A DNA stretch of 64,000 nucleotides from an uncultured virus (IMG/VR IMGVR_UViG_3300010352_002076). Taxonomy: Duplodnaviria; Heunggongvirae; Uroviricota; Caudoviricetes. Under the pieces are notes generated by a model. The model made no database searches. It saw nothing but the letters and a program-made list of their open reading frames with translations, and was not told where the DNA came from. The stretch lies in the IMG/VR virus record IMGVR_UViG_3300010352_002076, one strand, 5' to 3'. Positions 26,878 to 35,695 of the stretch are shown here, one piece after another (the first letter of the stretch is position 1; every line of letters starts with the position of its first letter). The translations under genes and the position numbers were made by a program.

Positions 26878-27648
26878 CTACGCCTTCCAGGTGTAGTAGA
26901 TCTGGTTCTTGTGCGTCTTGCGCTGCACGCTGGGGTGCCGATCGAGCTCGGGTCCCAGGGCACGGAACGGGGCACTCCCGAGCTCGTGCTCGATGAACCC
27001 GAGCTTCACGGGCCGCTTCGCAGCCTCGATGATGCGCAGGGCCTGGGCGAGCTGTGAAGCGAAGCGCTCCTGGACCCTGGCTTGATGATCCCAGGCGTTC
27101 TGCGCAGCGGCCTGAGCCGCGAAGGTGGCCTGCTGCTTCGCGATCTGCGCGGGCTTACCGCGGACCACGTTGAACTGACGGTTCGTCTTCTCGGCGATCC
27201 GTGCCTTGATCTCCTCGATCTCCTTGTCGGTCATGCTGGCCGGGACCACGTAGGTGTCCGGGCGGGAGACCTTCTCGATCTCGGCCTGGGCCGCGGCCAG
27301 GCTCTCCGCAGTAGGATCCGGCATCCCGACGGCCAGCGCCTTCAGAGCGGTGCGATCAGGGGGCGCTGTACCGAGGACGATGGTGGTGGACTTCCCCGGG
27401 GTCCGGGCGGTCACGAGGGCATCCTTGGGGAAGGCGTCGCCACCACGGTTCATCCCGTAGGGGACGCCGTGGTCGTCGAGCATGCCGGCCTCGCGGGCCG
27501 CCGCGGTACGGACCTCGAAGGCGGCGAGGTCGGCGCTGACGAACGGCTTGGCCATGGCGTCCGCCATGGCTTCAGCGATCACTGGCTTCGCCTCGACGTC
27601 CCGCTGAAACAGGGGATGGCCAGCGAGGGGGTTATCTGAATCGTTCAT
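26878..27648 (-). CDS. Hypothetical Ala-rich protein
   Basis: ATGA coupling to PAPS-reductase-like gene. Confidence 0.75.
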   Translation of the reverse strand: MNDSDNPLAGHPLFQRDVEAKPVIAEAMADAMAKPFVSADLAAFEVRTAAAREAGMLDDHGVPYGMNRGGDAFPKDALVTARTPGKSTTIVLGTAPPDRTALKALAVGMPDPTAESLAAAQAEIEKVSRPDTYVVPASMTDKEIEEIKARIAEKTNRQFNVVRGKPAQIAKQQATFAAQAAAQNAWDHQARVQERFASQLAQALRIIEAAKRPVKLGFIEHELGSAPFRALGPELDRHPSVQRKTHKNQIYYTWKA

Positions 27649-28706
27649 GAAGTTCCTTCAGGTAGGGGTGCGAGGATATCGTCGAAGACGCCATCACAGG
27701 TCTCAACCTGTGGTTCATCGAGCTCGCCGGCGGCGAGGTCACGCCTGGCGTCCATGAGCCTCCGGTACTCCATCCAGTCGGCGTCGTTGATGCCGTAGGT
27801 GCTACCGAGGGCGATGAGGATCTCGGGGTGATTGTCGTTGAGGAACTCGCGCCAGGACCAGTTCCTGCCGAGCCCCTTGGTCGTCATCTTCATGCCGCGC
27901 TCGATGCTGTTCCGCATCGCCGCAGCCTCGAGGCGTAGCGCCCGGGCCAGCTTGTCAGGCTCGGAGTGGTACAGCGGCACGATCTCGTGGCGCTTCGTGG
28001 CGCCGCACATGAAACAGGCCGACTTCCCGGGGTCATCCCACCCCATGGCAGCGATGATCGCGGTGAGATCCGGACGGGTTAGACCAGCGTCCCGGAGCGG
28101 GTAGCAGTACGTGTATTTCTCATCGCCGGGGTTCGTGCTGCGACGCATATCGGCCTTGCCGGCATCGTAGCCGATGAGCTTCAGGACCGTCATGCCGGCG
28201 GCCCAGGCCTGCTGCGCCGGGAGCCACTTGTTCGTCCAGAGGTCCATCTGGTCAGCCTTGTGCTTGATCGAACAGCTCTTCCCGCCGAAGCAGATCGACG
28301 GCATCGTCTTGAGGCGCTCGCAGTTCTCGATGATCGAGTTGTCCTTGGAGGTGCCTCGATCGAACTTGGAGACCACGGTGATCTCCGGGAACCCCGCCGC
28401 CTTGAGATAGGCCTGAGCCTTGGCGACGTAGTTCACTGTGATGTCCTTCTCCGCTTTGACATCCGCGAAGTGAATCACATCCGGCATGGCATCCCGGTTG
28501 CCGCGCTCGACCATCTTGATCAGCAGGGCCAGTAGAGCAGTGCTGTCGGTGCCCATGCCGTAGCTCACCAGCATGGGTTGCCGGACCACCGGTGGCAGCT
28601 CGATCTCGACCTTGAAGCGGCCACTCTGGACCCGCTTCTTCCGGAAGGCCTCCGGGATCTCGACGTACTTCCGCGGAGGCAGCTTGAGTTCAGGGAACGT
28701 GTTCAT
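27645..28706 (-). CDS. PAPS reductase family (PP-loop) protein, putative DNA-modification enzyme
   Basis: VSYGMGTDSTAL PP-loop, HFADV.AE, SCSIKHK, IGYDA.., YPL, KSACFMC. Confidence 0.8.
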   Translation of the reverse strand: MNTFPELKLPPRKYVEIPEAFRKKRVQSGRFKVEIELPPVVRQPMLVSYGMGTDSTALLALLIKMVERGNRDAMPDVIHFADVKAEKDITVNYVAKAQAYLKAAGFPEITVVSKFDRGTSKDNSIIENCERLKTMPSICFGGKSCSIKHKADQMDLWTNKWLPAQQAWAAGMTVLKLIGYDAGKADMRRSTNPGDEKYTYCYPLRDAGLTRPDLTAIIAAMGWDDPGKSACFMCGATKRHEIVPLYHSEPDKLARALRLEAAAMRNSIERGMKMTTKGLGRNWSWREFLNDNHPEILIALGSTYGINDADWMEYRRLMDARRDLAAGELDEPQVETCDGVFDDILAPLPEGTS

Positions 28707-28924
28707 GGTTGCTGCTGAACCACTTTGACGCGCCTGATGCGAAGCCAGAGCAGGAGGCGGTGATACCACCGTAACTGGAGCAACGCGACGGTCTTCTCGT
28801 TGAGCACTTCGACACCAAGGATGTGCGGACTGGCGTTCACCAACTTGATGAAGTCGCCGGATCGGAGCCCGTGTGCAGCATGGAACTGCACGACGCCGAT
28901 GACGTCGTCCATGTCAGCGCTCAT
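28703..28924 (-). CDS. Small hypothetical protein
   Basis: ATGA coupling. Confidence 0.55.
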   Translation of the reverse strand: MSADMDDVIGVVQFHAAHGLRSGDFIKLVNASPHILGVEVLNEKTVALLQLRWYHRLLLWLRIRRVKVVQQQP

Positions 28925-29103
28925 TTCATGTTCTGCCAGGCTTCGAGTCGGAGCACGATCCGGTCCAGGCTCTTGGCGTGTCGAACACCCCCGTTGCGGT
29001 CCAGCCTGCGGACCAGCGCCATCAGGATGTCCTTGGCGCGGTTGGCGTCGAGCTGGGCTCGCTCGACCTCGAAGCGGCGGGCCGGGGTCATCGCGGTGCT
29101 CAC
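28921..29103 (-). CDS. Small hypothetical protein
   Basis: GTGA coupling. Confidence 0.55.
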   Translation of the reverse strand: MSTAMTPARRFEVERAQLDANRAKDILMALVRRLDRNGGVRHAKSLDRIVLRLEAWQNMK

Positions 29104-29552
29104 GTCAAGCACACCGGAACGCGGCCGCGGCACCAGGAGCCATCGCGGATCTCGACCACAGTGGTCCTGGGGCCCGTGCGGAACGGGACATAGAGGCAGT
29201 CGCGACTACGATCCATGCCAGGGAACACCTTGGGCAGGATGGCGAGCATCCCGGCGTCGACTCCGGCGCAGCCCGCGTAGATATTGGCGCCGACCTTCCA
29301 GCTGAACGGGTAGCTGCCGTCACCGCTACGGGTCCCAGCAACCCAGATCGGGTAGACCTTGTCGTCGACGGTGACCTCGACGTGAGCAGCCTTGTGGTCC
29401 CACGACGCATCGCGCAGGGCCATGAGGAACGGGGACCAGAACGGGTCCATGGGCCCGTGGAAGACGTAGCAGGGATCCCCGAACCAGAAGTCCTGCTTCG
29501 GGGGAATCACGAACTTGGGTGATATCGATAGAACTTTGGCAGCGAACTTCAT
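29100..29552 (-). CDS. Hypothetical protein (GDPCY...GDG.Y...VDAG motif)
   Basis: Start MKFAAK overlaps methyltransferase stop. Confidence 0.7.
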   Translation of the reverse strand: MKFAAKVLSISPKFVIPPKQDFWFGDPCYVFHGPMDPFWSPFLMALRDASWDHKAAHVEVTVDDKVYPIWVAGTRSGDGSYPFSWKVGANIYAGCAGVDAGMLAILPKVFPGMDRSRDCLYVPFRTGPRTTVVEIRDGSWCRGRVPVCLT

Positions 29553-30856
29553 GCCGCTTTCCTTTTCGGTTGAGGTGATGCGAGCAGGGCACGGACCACG
29601 GCCTCGGCCATGGCGGGGCACACCGAGTTCCCGATGCGGGCGACCTGGGCGTGCTTGTTGCCGGTGAGGACGTAGTCCTCGGGGAAGCCCTGGGCTCTGG
29701 CGAGCTCCCTGGGGGTCAGCATGCGGTACCCGATGTCGGTGATGACGTAGTCGGTACCACGGATCGTCACGGTGACGAGCCCGAAGCGGTCCTTGGTGGG
29801 GATCGTCGGGAACGGGGCCCGGAGGTCGGCGTGCTGGCCACCCTCGGAGTAATACTCGGCGAGGAAGGCCGCCGTGACGTAGCCATCAGCGGGGGCCCGC
29901 TTCAGCTTGGCGCAGGCCAGGACGTTCTGGGTGCCCTGGACCATCACCGTGGGGAACGGGAGATCGATCCGGTTCCCTACCATGCCGCCGTAACGCTTCA
30001 TGATCCAGGGCACGATGAGGTCGGCGTGGTTCGCGGCGCTGGCCTGAGCCGGGGCCAGGAAGGGCGACGGGTCCGTAAAGACGAACCTCTGGAGCCCCTT
30101 GATGATCCGGGCCACGGACTTCTCGACCAGAGGCTTCTTCCGGTCGAAGATCGAGGGGACCTCGATACTCCAGTCAATGATGCTGGACGCAGGGAGCCAC
30201 TTCTTGAGCCCACCACGGCCGGTCCGGCTATGGGTGGGCTTAGGCCACACGATAGCCGCGTTGTGGCGTCTGGCGACCAGGACGAGGCGCTTCCGGGTCG
30301 TCGGGGCCCCGTAGTCCGCGGCCACGAGCTCCCGCCACTCCAGGGAGTACCCTTCCTGGCGCACCGAAGCGCACCAGGCCTCGAAGAGCTTCCCCTTCCT
30401 GGCTGGGTCCGGGATCATGAGGGGACGGCCGTCCTTGTTCCTCATGACCTGGCCGTCCTTGTCCCGTTTCTCCATGAGCTCTCCGTAGGAGAGCAGCTCG
30501 ACCACATTTTCGATGCAGACGTTCTCAGGGTGGACCTCGCGGATCCACTTCGTGGTCACCCAGATCAGGTCCCGAACACACTTCTCCACGGGGACCCCTC
30601 CGCGTGCGTTGCTGAAGTGGGTGCAGTCCGGGCTGAACCAAGCCAGATCCACGGTCTGCCCTCCCGTTGCTTCAAGGGGGTCAACCTTCCAGATGTCGTT
30701 GAGGTAGTGCAATGTGTTCGGGTGGTTCGCCTTGTGCATCTCGATGGCGTCGTAGTCGTGATTCATGGCGATGTCGACGTGACGCTTCGTCGCTTGGAAG
30801 ATGCCCTGGGAGGCCCCGCCCCCGCCTGCGAAGCCATCAACTATTAGGCCGAGCAC
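29549..30856 (-). CDS. DNA cytosine-5 methyltransferase
   Basis: Motif I DGFAGGGGAS, catalytic FSPDCTHFS, ENV, YGAPTTRKRL, RMLTPREL..AQGFP, IGNSV. Confidence 0.95.
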   Translation of the reverse strand: MLGLIVDGFAGGGGASQGIFQATKRHVDIAMNHDYDAIEMHKANHPNTLHYLNDIWKVDPLEATGGQTVDLAWFSPDCTHFSNARGGVPVEKCVRDLIWVTTKWIREVHPENVCIENVVELLSYGELMEKRDKDGQVMRNKDGRPLMIPDPARKGKLFEAWCASVRQEGYSLEWRELVAADYGAPTTRKRLVLVARRHNAAIVWPKPTHSRTGRGGLKKWLPASSIIDWSIEVPSIFDRKKPLVEKSVARIIKGLQRFVFTDPSPFLAPAQASAANHADLIVPWIMKRYGGMVGNRIDLPFPTVMVQGTQNVLACAKLKRAPADGYVTAAFLAEYYSEGGQHADLRAPFPTIPTKDRFGLVTVTIRGTDYVITDIGYRMLTPRELARAQGFPEDYVLTGNKHAQVARIGNSVCPAMAEAVVRALLASPQPKRKAA

Positions 30857-30857
30857 G

Positions 30858-31154
30858 TCAGCCTCTCCAGACCGCGCTCACAGCTGCGTTGATGTTCTCG
30901 ATGTAGACCGGGAACCCGAAGACGCCCCGGAGCTCCTCCTCGAGCTTCCGCCACATCGGGAAGGTCTGAGGGTACGTGGCCTGCTCCGGGAGCCCGCTCT
31001 CGTGGTAGAGGATGAGCAGGCTCTCTGGGGACCACTTCCCGGGATCCGTGCTGGGCCAAGCCCAGTGCTTGCCCTGGAAGGACTCCTCGCCCTTCACGGC
31101 GCTCTGGCCCTTGAAGGCATTCTTGAATGCGATGTCGACAGCGACCTGCTTCAT
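30858..31154 (-). CDS. Hypothetical protein
   Basis: AAGGA RBS, ATGA coupling. Confidence 0.7.
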   Translation of the reverse strand: MKQVAVDIAFKNAFKGQSAVKGEESFQGKHWAWPSTDPGKWSPESLLILYHESGLPEQATYPQTFPMWRKLEEELRGVFGFPVYIENINAAVSAVWRG

Positions 31155-31354
31155 AACAACGTTCCTTTCTGATAGGCGACCTCGAGCCCGGATGTCACCG
31201 GGATCGAGGACGCAATGGTGTCGGCGACAACGGACTGGATCGTGGATCCCAGGGTCCCCCTGCAGAGACCCTGGCGCCGGAGCTGATCCAGGTAGATCGA
31301 GAACTTCTCGGGGTCCTGAACGACGACCTCGAGGCGGACCTCGATGGTGGTCAT
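31151..31354 (-). CDS. Small hypothetical protein
   Basis: ATGA coupling. Confidence 0.55.
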   Translation of the reverse strand: MTTIEVRLEVVVQDPEKFSIYLDQLRRQGLCRGTLGSTIQSVVADTIASSIPVTSGLEVAYQKGTLL

Positions 31355-32613
31355 TCCGGCCACCAATCATAGTTCACGGTGGCCACGGGATCCTTGCCCA
31401 GGATGAGATCCAGGACGCAGCACTGGAGCTCGTGCCCCAGAGTATCCCACTTCACCCAGTTCATCTGGGTGTAGCTGCCCGTCTTGGCGAACTCGACGAG
31501 CTTGATCTCATTCGCGGGCCGGGCTTCGATGGCGACCTCGGAGCCGCCTTTGCGGCCCCTGACGAACAGCATGACCCCCTTCACGATGTCGTGGGCCGTG
31601 GTGCGGGCCTCCATGCACTCCATGGGTTTCGGGTACAGCACGTAGACCTGGGGATCCGCGGTAGCTCTCAGGATCTCGTGGTGCACCGGTGGGAACATCG
31701 GGGCCAGGAGCTTCCGGAAGAACTTGTCGTCCGGAGTTTTCTGGGCCTCACCGCGGTCATCGAGTTCGACCTCGGACATGATGTCGGAGCGCTTCGTCTC
31801 CAGGTAGAGCTTCAGGATCTCGTCGGGGACCCCGACCCACTCCGCCAGGTTGAGCTCGTTGAGGACCTTCTCGACGGCCTCCTCCTTCTTGGCTTCGACG
31901 ACTTTGTCGTAGTCCTCTTCGTCGAGGGCGGTGTGGTCCTGCAGGGCACGCTCGACTTCGTCGATGAAGGCGATGACGTGCTCGAAGGTCCAGACCTTGC
32001 CGTAGCGGATGTAGCCCACGGCGAGCCAGTAGGCACCGTCATCATCGATTTCCCAGTGTCGGACCCGGTCCTCCATCATCTTGACCAGGGCGCGGCCATT
32101 GGACTGCTCCAGGAGCGGGGCGTCGCGGTGATCCGAGATGTGCTCCTCGGCGAGACGGATCCAGATCCCGGCCCAGTGGACCGAGACCTTATCCGGCTTC
32201 GCAGCGAGACGCTTGGGCTCCTCCATGTCAGCTTTCAGGGGGCACTCCCCGAGCTGGTAGTCCTTGTCCTTGAAGCGGACCTTGATGGCTGCGGGGATCA
32301 GGTCATCCCAGGGGTCATCGTCGCTGCCTCGGTACTCAGGCTCCCCGCTGGGTCGAAGACAGTAGTCGGGCCACTTCGGTTGTGGCCAGCCCGGGTAGGG
32401 GTCCCCGGTGACGGACCCGTCGGAAAGGAACTGGACGCTGCGGTGCCACCGCTCATCTCGTTCCTTGGTAGGCTTGAAGTCACCCCCGCAGGTCGGGCAA
32501 CCACAGCCGCGGATCAGCTGATCGTAGACCCACCACTCCATCCCAGCGTGTGAAAAGTGCAGGCCTCCCGTCGAATCTTGGGGTTCGCCGCACCTACATA
32601 CAACGTCTGCCAT
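31351..32613 (-). CDS. Hypothetical protein with N-terminal Cys cluster
   Basis: CRCGEP...GCGCPTC; AAGGAG RBS. Confidence 0.85.
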   Translation of the reverse strand: MADVVCRCGEPQDSTGGLHFSHAGMEWWVYDQLIRGCGCPTCGGDFKPTKERDERWHRSVQFLSDGSVTGDPYPGWPQPKWPDYCLRPSGEPEYRGSDDDPWDDLIPAAIKVRFKDKDYQLGECPLKADMEEPKRLAAKPDKVSVHWAGIWIRLAEEHISDHRDAPLLEQSNGRALVKMMEDRVRHWEIDDDGAYWLAVGYIRYGKVWTFEHVIAFIDEVERALQDHTALDEEDYDKVVEAKKEEAVEKVLNELNLAEWVGVPDEILKLYLETKRSDIMSEVELDDRGEAQKTPDDKFFRKLLAPMFPPVHHEILRATADPQVYVLYPKPMECMEARTTAHDIVKGVMLFVRGRKGGSEVAIEARPANEIKLVEFAKTGSYTQMNWVKWDTLGHELQCCVLDLILGKDPVATVNYDWWPE

Positions 32614-32622
32614 GCGTACTCC

Positions 32623-33261
32623 TTATGTGTGGTTGTTCTTCTGTTTACGAACCGGAGTTGATAGCGCGTCCTCCACGCTCCACCCCAGATGGGAAACCCT
32701 CAGGGTAACCGTACCGGGCCGCAGCCCACAGCGCCTGGCCGCCTCCGCCAGCCCCATGCGTTCTCCGTTGAGCGTGGCCCAGATCGTTCGCCGCTTATTC
32801 TGGAGCTGCTGTGTCTGCGTGATCCATCGACAGTTGTCAGGCGAGTAGCCCTTGTCGTTGTCCCGCCTATCGATGGTCAACCCGGGAACGAAAGTGGGCC
32901 CCATGTCGTCTCTGAACGCCAGGAAGTCGTCCCAACGGGTACACACCCTGATGCCGCGCCCGCCGTAGTCGGCGTAGCTCCTCAGCTTCGGGTTGTTGCA
33001 TCGACTCCGCATCCCCTTCCAGATCTCGTAGAGCGGGTTGTTCTGCGACAACCCGTGTATGGTCAACTGCGCTACTCGCAGCTCACGCCGAAGGCACCCG
33101 CAGGACCTTGCCTTACCACGAACCAAGGAGCAAGCCCAGGGCGTACAGGTGGCGCCGCATTCGCATCGACAGGTCCAGCGCGGAGCCACGCCTTCGCTGG
33201 GCGCCCGAGCGATCACGGTGAGCCGCCCAAAGACGCGCCCTGTAAGATCAGTTAGTTTCAT
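32623..33261 (-). CDS. HNH-type homing endonuclease
   Basis: DLTGRVFGRLTV...WTCRCECG...SCGC...YGGRGIRVC.RW...TIDRRDNDKGYSPDNCRW; TAGACA-16-TATCGT just upstream. Confidence 0.9.
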   Translation of the reverse strand: MKLTDLTGRVFGRLTVIARAPSEGVAPRWTCRCECGATCTPWACSLVRGKARSCGCLRRELRVAQLTIHGLSQNNPLYEIWKGMRSRCNNPKLRSYADYGGRGIRVCTRWDDFLAFRDDMGPTFVPGLTIDRRDNDKGYSPDNCRWITQTQQLQNKRRTIWATLNGERMGLAEAARRCGLRPGTVTLRVSHLGWSVEDALSTPVRKQKNNHT

Positions 33262-33292
33262 GAAACCACGATAGATCTTAGTGCCGAGTTGT

Positions 33293-34126
33293 CTAGCCCT
33301 TCCCGCTACAGGCCGGGCAGTCCGCCCGAGCGCCCATACCTTCGACTTCGCCGGTTCCGCTGCATTCCTTGCAGGGCTCCTTCTCGAAAACCGGGGTCCG
33401 GTGGCAGATCGTGAGCTTGATCATGGGCGCCACGACGGTGTCCCACTGGGTCACCGACGAGAACCGACTGAACCCCAGCTTGAGGTCATCGGCCATGTTC
33501 TCGGCGTTGTAGCAGCACCACAGCGGAACCGTGAGACAGTCGAGACGGCCGTCCAGGGTCTGCCAGGAATCCACGTCGATCTCGCCGTCGGCGATCCACT
33601 CCTCGATGCGCTGGATCGCGATCTTCTGGCCTGTCATGATATCCTGGAGCGGGTACCCCAGCGACATCAGGGAGCTGTAGCCCAGCTTCATGCTGTGCAC
33701 GAGGCGGCTCAGGCGGTTCTCCAGGGTGCGCCAGTCCGGGGCCCGCTGCGGCTTCGGGGGCATCCGGCACAGCTTGAGGTGGTCGATGACCTCGGGATCC
33801 GTGATGTCGCGACGGTCCAGGCGGGCACAGATGAACGCGGACTCCGGCTCCACGAACTCCGTGATGTCGGCTCCGGGGATGACCTTCTTGATCCACTGTG
33901 CCACAGCGGCGCGGAAGTCATCATGCCGGCGGGCCCCCGTGGGCCCAGGTTCCCAGGTCCAGCGCAGGGAGCCGCCGTCGCCGTCGTCGTGGACCCCGGT
34001 GACCCGGGTGTCGCCAACGGCGAGCCAGGCGCTCCAGCGCTGCCCCTCGCGCCCGTCGATGAGGTACTTCAGATCCTTGAGGGAGTAGTCCTGGAGTTGG
34101 AACTTCGATTTCTTGCTAGCAGCCAT
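33293..34126 (-). CDS. Hypothetical protein with C-terminal CxxCxGxG zinc finger
   Basis: CKECSGTG...CPACSGKG. Confidence 0.75.
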   Translation of the reverse strand: MAASKKSKFQLQDYSLKDLKYLIDGREGQRWSAWLAVGDTRVTGVHDDGDGGSLRWTWEPGPTGARRHDDFRAAVAQWIKKVIPGADITEFVEPESAFICARLDRRDITDPEVIDHLKLCRMPPKPQRAPDWRTLENRLSRLVHSMKLGYSSLMSLGYPLQDIMTGQKIAIQRIEEWIADGEIDVDSWQTLDGRLDCLTVPLWCCYNAENMADDLKLGFSRFSSVTQWDTVVAPMIKLTICHRTPVFEKEPCKECSGTGEVEGMGARADCPACSGKG

Positions 34127-34406
34127 AGTAACCCTTTCGGCATGCGTCGTCGCAAACGATCTGGTGTTTCTCGGTTGGCTTGAAGTCGTTGCCGCAGTTC
34201 TTGCAGCTCCTGGTCTCATCCCGCCAGGCCTGGGGGCACCCGTGCTCGTGGCAGAAGATGCCGTTGATGGAAGATGCGGCGCAGCTGTCGCAGCGGATCG
34301 AAGCCTTCTTGAACCCGAAGGCGGCATGCTTGGCCTCCTTGAAGGTCTCCAGCTGGAGACTTTCTGGCTCCTTCTCGCCCTTGCGCCACCGTGTCAGCGT
34401 GATCAC
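34116..34406 (-). CDS. Cys-rich small protein
   Basis: CDSC...INGIFCHEHGCP...CKNC...CDDAC. Confidence 0.7.
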   Translation of the reverse strand: MITLTRWRKGEKEPESLQLETFKEAKHAAFGFKKASIRCDSCAASSINGIFCHEHGCPQAWRDETRSCKNCGNDFKPTEKHQIVCDDACRKGYYGC

Positions 34407-35002
34407 GCGACTTCCTCGATGCGGTTCACGGCCACGTTGAGCTCGACGCCGTGCTTCGCTAGCTGCCCAGCGTTCATCTCGTAGGCCTTCGTCATGGCCT
34501 TGCTGGAATCCAGCGCGTTGACCACAGCGATGCCGCTGATCTTGAAGTGAACCCGGAACGCCTTCGTCGGCGGGAGTTGGCTCACTGGCTGCGGTGCAGC
34601 GGGGACCGGAGCAGCTGCCACGGGCTCCGGGGCAGCGACCCCAGAGCACACCGGGCTCCCCTGGACCTGATCTCCGGCCTCTGACTTCTCGCTGAAGAGG
34701 TGGTAGCTGGGCCCGTAGCAGAAGAACGATCCGAGATCGCTCACCTGGGGGTCCTTGGGCTCCAGGGGTACGACGTCCCACACGGGGTCGACCCATTCGT
34801 CGCAGACCCGGTTGATCTCGGAATCGGGGACCTCAGCACTGACCCGGAACGCCAGCGGGGGATCCAGGGTGCGATCCACAGCGTTGTCCTGGGCGTCGTA
34901 CCCCGTGACCCCGTCGAGCATGATGATCTTGCCGGCCACGGCGGCGTAGTCCCGCTTCACCATGGCAGCGATGGCAACGGTCCGGGTGTGGGAGCGTGCC
35001 AT
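34403..35002 (-). CDS. Hypothetical protein
   Basis: GAGGAGG RBS. Confidence 0.75.
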   Translation of the reverse strand: MARSHTRTVAIAAMVKRDYAAVAGKIIMLDGVTGYDAQDNAVDRTLDPPLAFRVSAEVPDSEINRVCDEWVDPVWDVVPLEPKDPQVSDLGSFFCYGPSYHLFSEKSEAGDQVQGSPVCSGVAAPEPVAAAPVPAAPQPVSQLPPTKAFRVHFKISGIAVVNALDSSKAMTKAYEMNAGQLAKHGVELNVAVNRIEEVA

Positions 35003-35003
35003 G

Positions 35004-35684
35004 CTACTTGGCCTCCTCGGCAAGGGTGTCCTTCTCGAGGTCGGCCACCTTGACCACGGCCTTGTACCAGGGCTCCTGCCCGGGCTTCAGCTCGCCGATC
35101 AGGACTGCTGGGACGCAGTACGCCAAGCAGTTCCCGTTGTCCGCTGATGTGGCGTGCTCCAGGTCGCCCTGGTTCGGGGCACACGGCGAGCAGGCCCGGC
35201 ACCACGCTGCTTCAGTGGACCACAGGATGTCGAGGCCAGGCGCGCCGCCGAGCCAGGAGATCTGCGCCACCATGAGGACCTTTTCGTCGTCGTCACGGAA
35301 CGTCTTGAGATACTTCTGCTCGTCGGGGTCCCACCCGGAGTTGTTGATCTTCTCCTCGATGAAGTTCGCGACAGCTGCGAAGTCGAAGGCCCCGTTCTCG
35401 TCGTCGATCTCGTAGTGACTCGCGATGATATCCCCGATCTCGTCCTCGTCGAACGTGATGTGGCAGGACTTCGCGATCTGCCGGAGCACATCCGCGGGGG
35501 TCTCGCCGTCGTGGAACTCCACGAAGCGGTTCTCGAAGCAGGCCTCGAGGACCTCGGCCTGGAACCGCTTCAGGGTCAGGTTGGTGCCTTCGCTGAACAC
35601 ATCCTCGATGACGCCCTGGGCGACACCGGTATTGCTGTGGAATCCGTAACTGATGCCATTCTTGGGGTCAACATTGGGAACCAT
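35004..35684 (-). CDS. Acidic hypothetical protein (WLGGA...CSPC motif)
   Basis: GAGGAG RBS; N.D..NGI.YG, WLGGA, CSPCAPNQGDL. Confidence 0.8.
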   Translation of the reverse strand: MVPNVDPKNGISYGFHSNTGVAQGVIEDVFSEGTNLTLKRFQAEVLEACFENRFVEFHDGETPADVLRQIAKSCHITFDEDEIGDIIASHYEIDDENGAFDFAAVANFIEEKINNSGWDPDEQKYLKTFRDDDEKVLMVAQISWLGGAPGLDILWSTEAAWCRACSPCAPNQGDLEHATSADNGNCLAYCVPAVLIGELKPGQEPWYKAVVKVADLEKDTLAEEAK

Positions 35685-35695
35685 ATCCGGTCTCC

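Noticed and set aside
17629..33261. Group I introns or inteins around the HNH genes
   Set aside because: Flanking genes (thyX, tmk, ruvA) appear complete; no intein termini seen in polymerase, helicases or RecA-like protein
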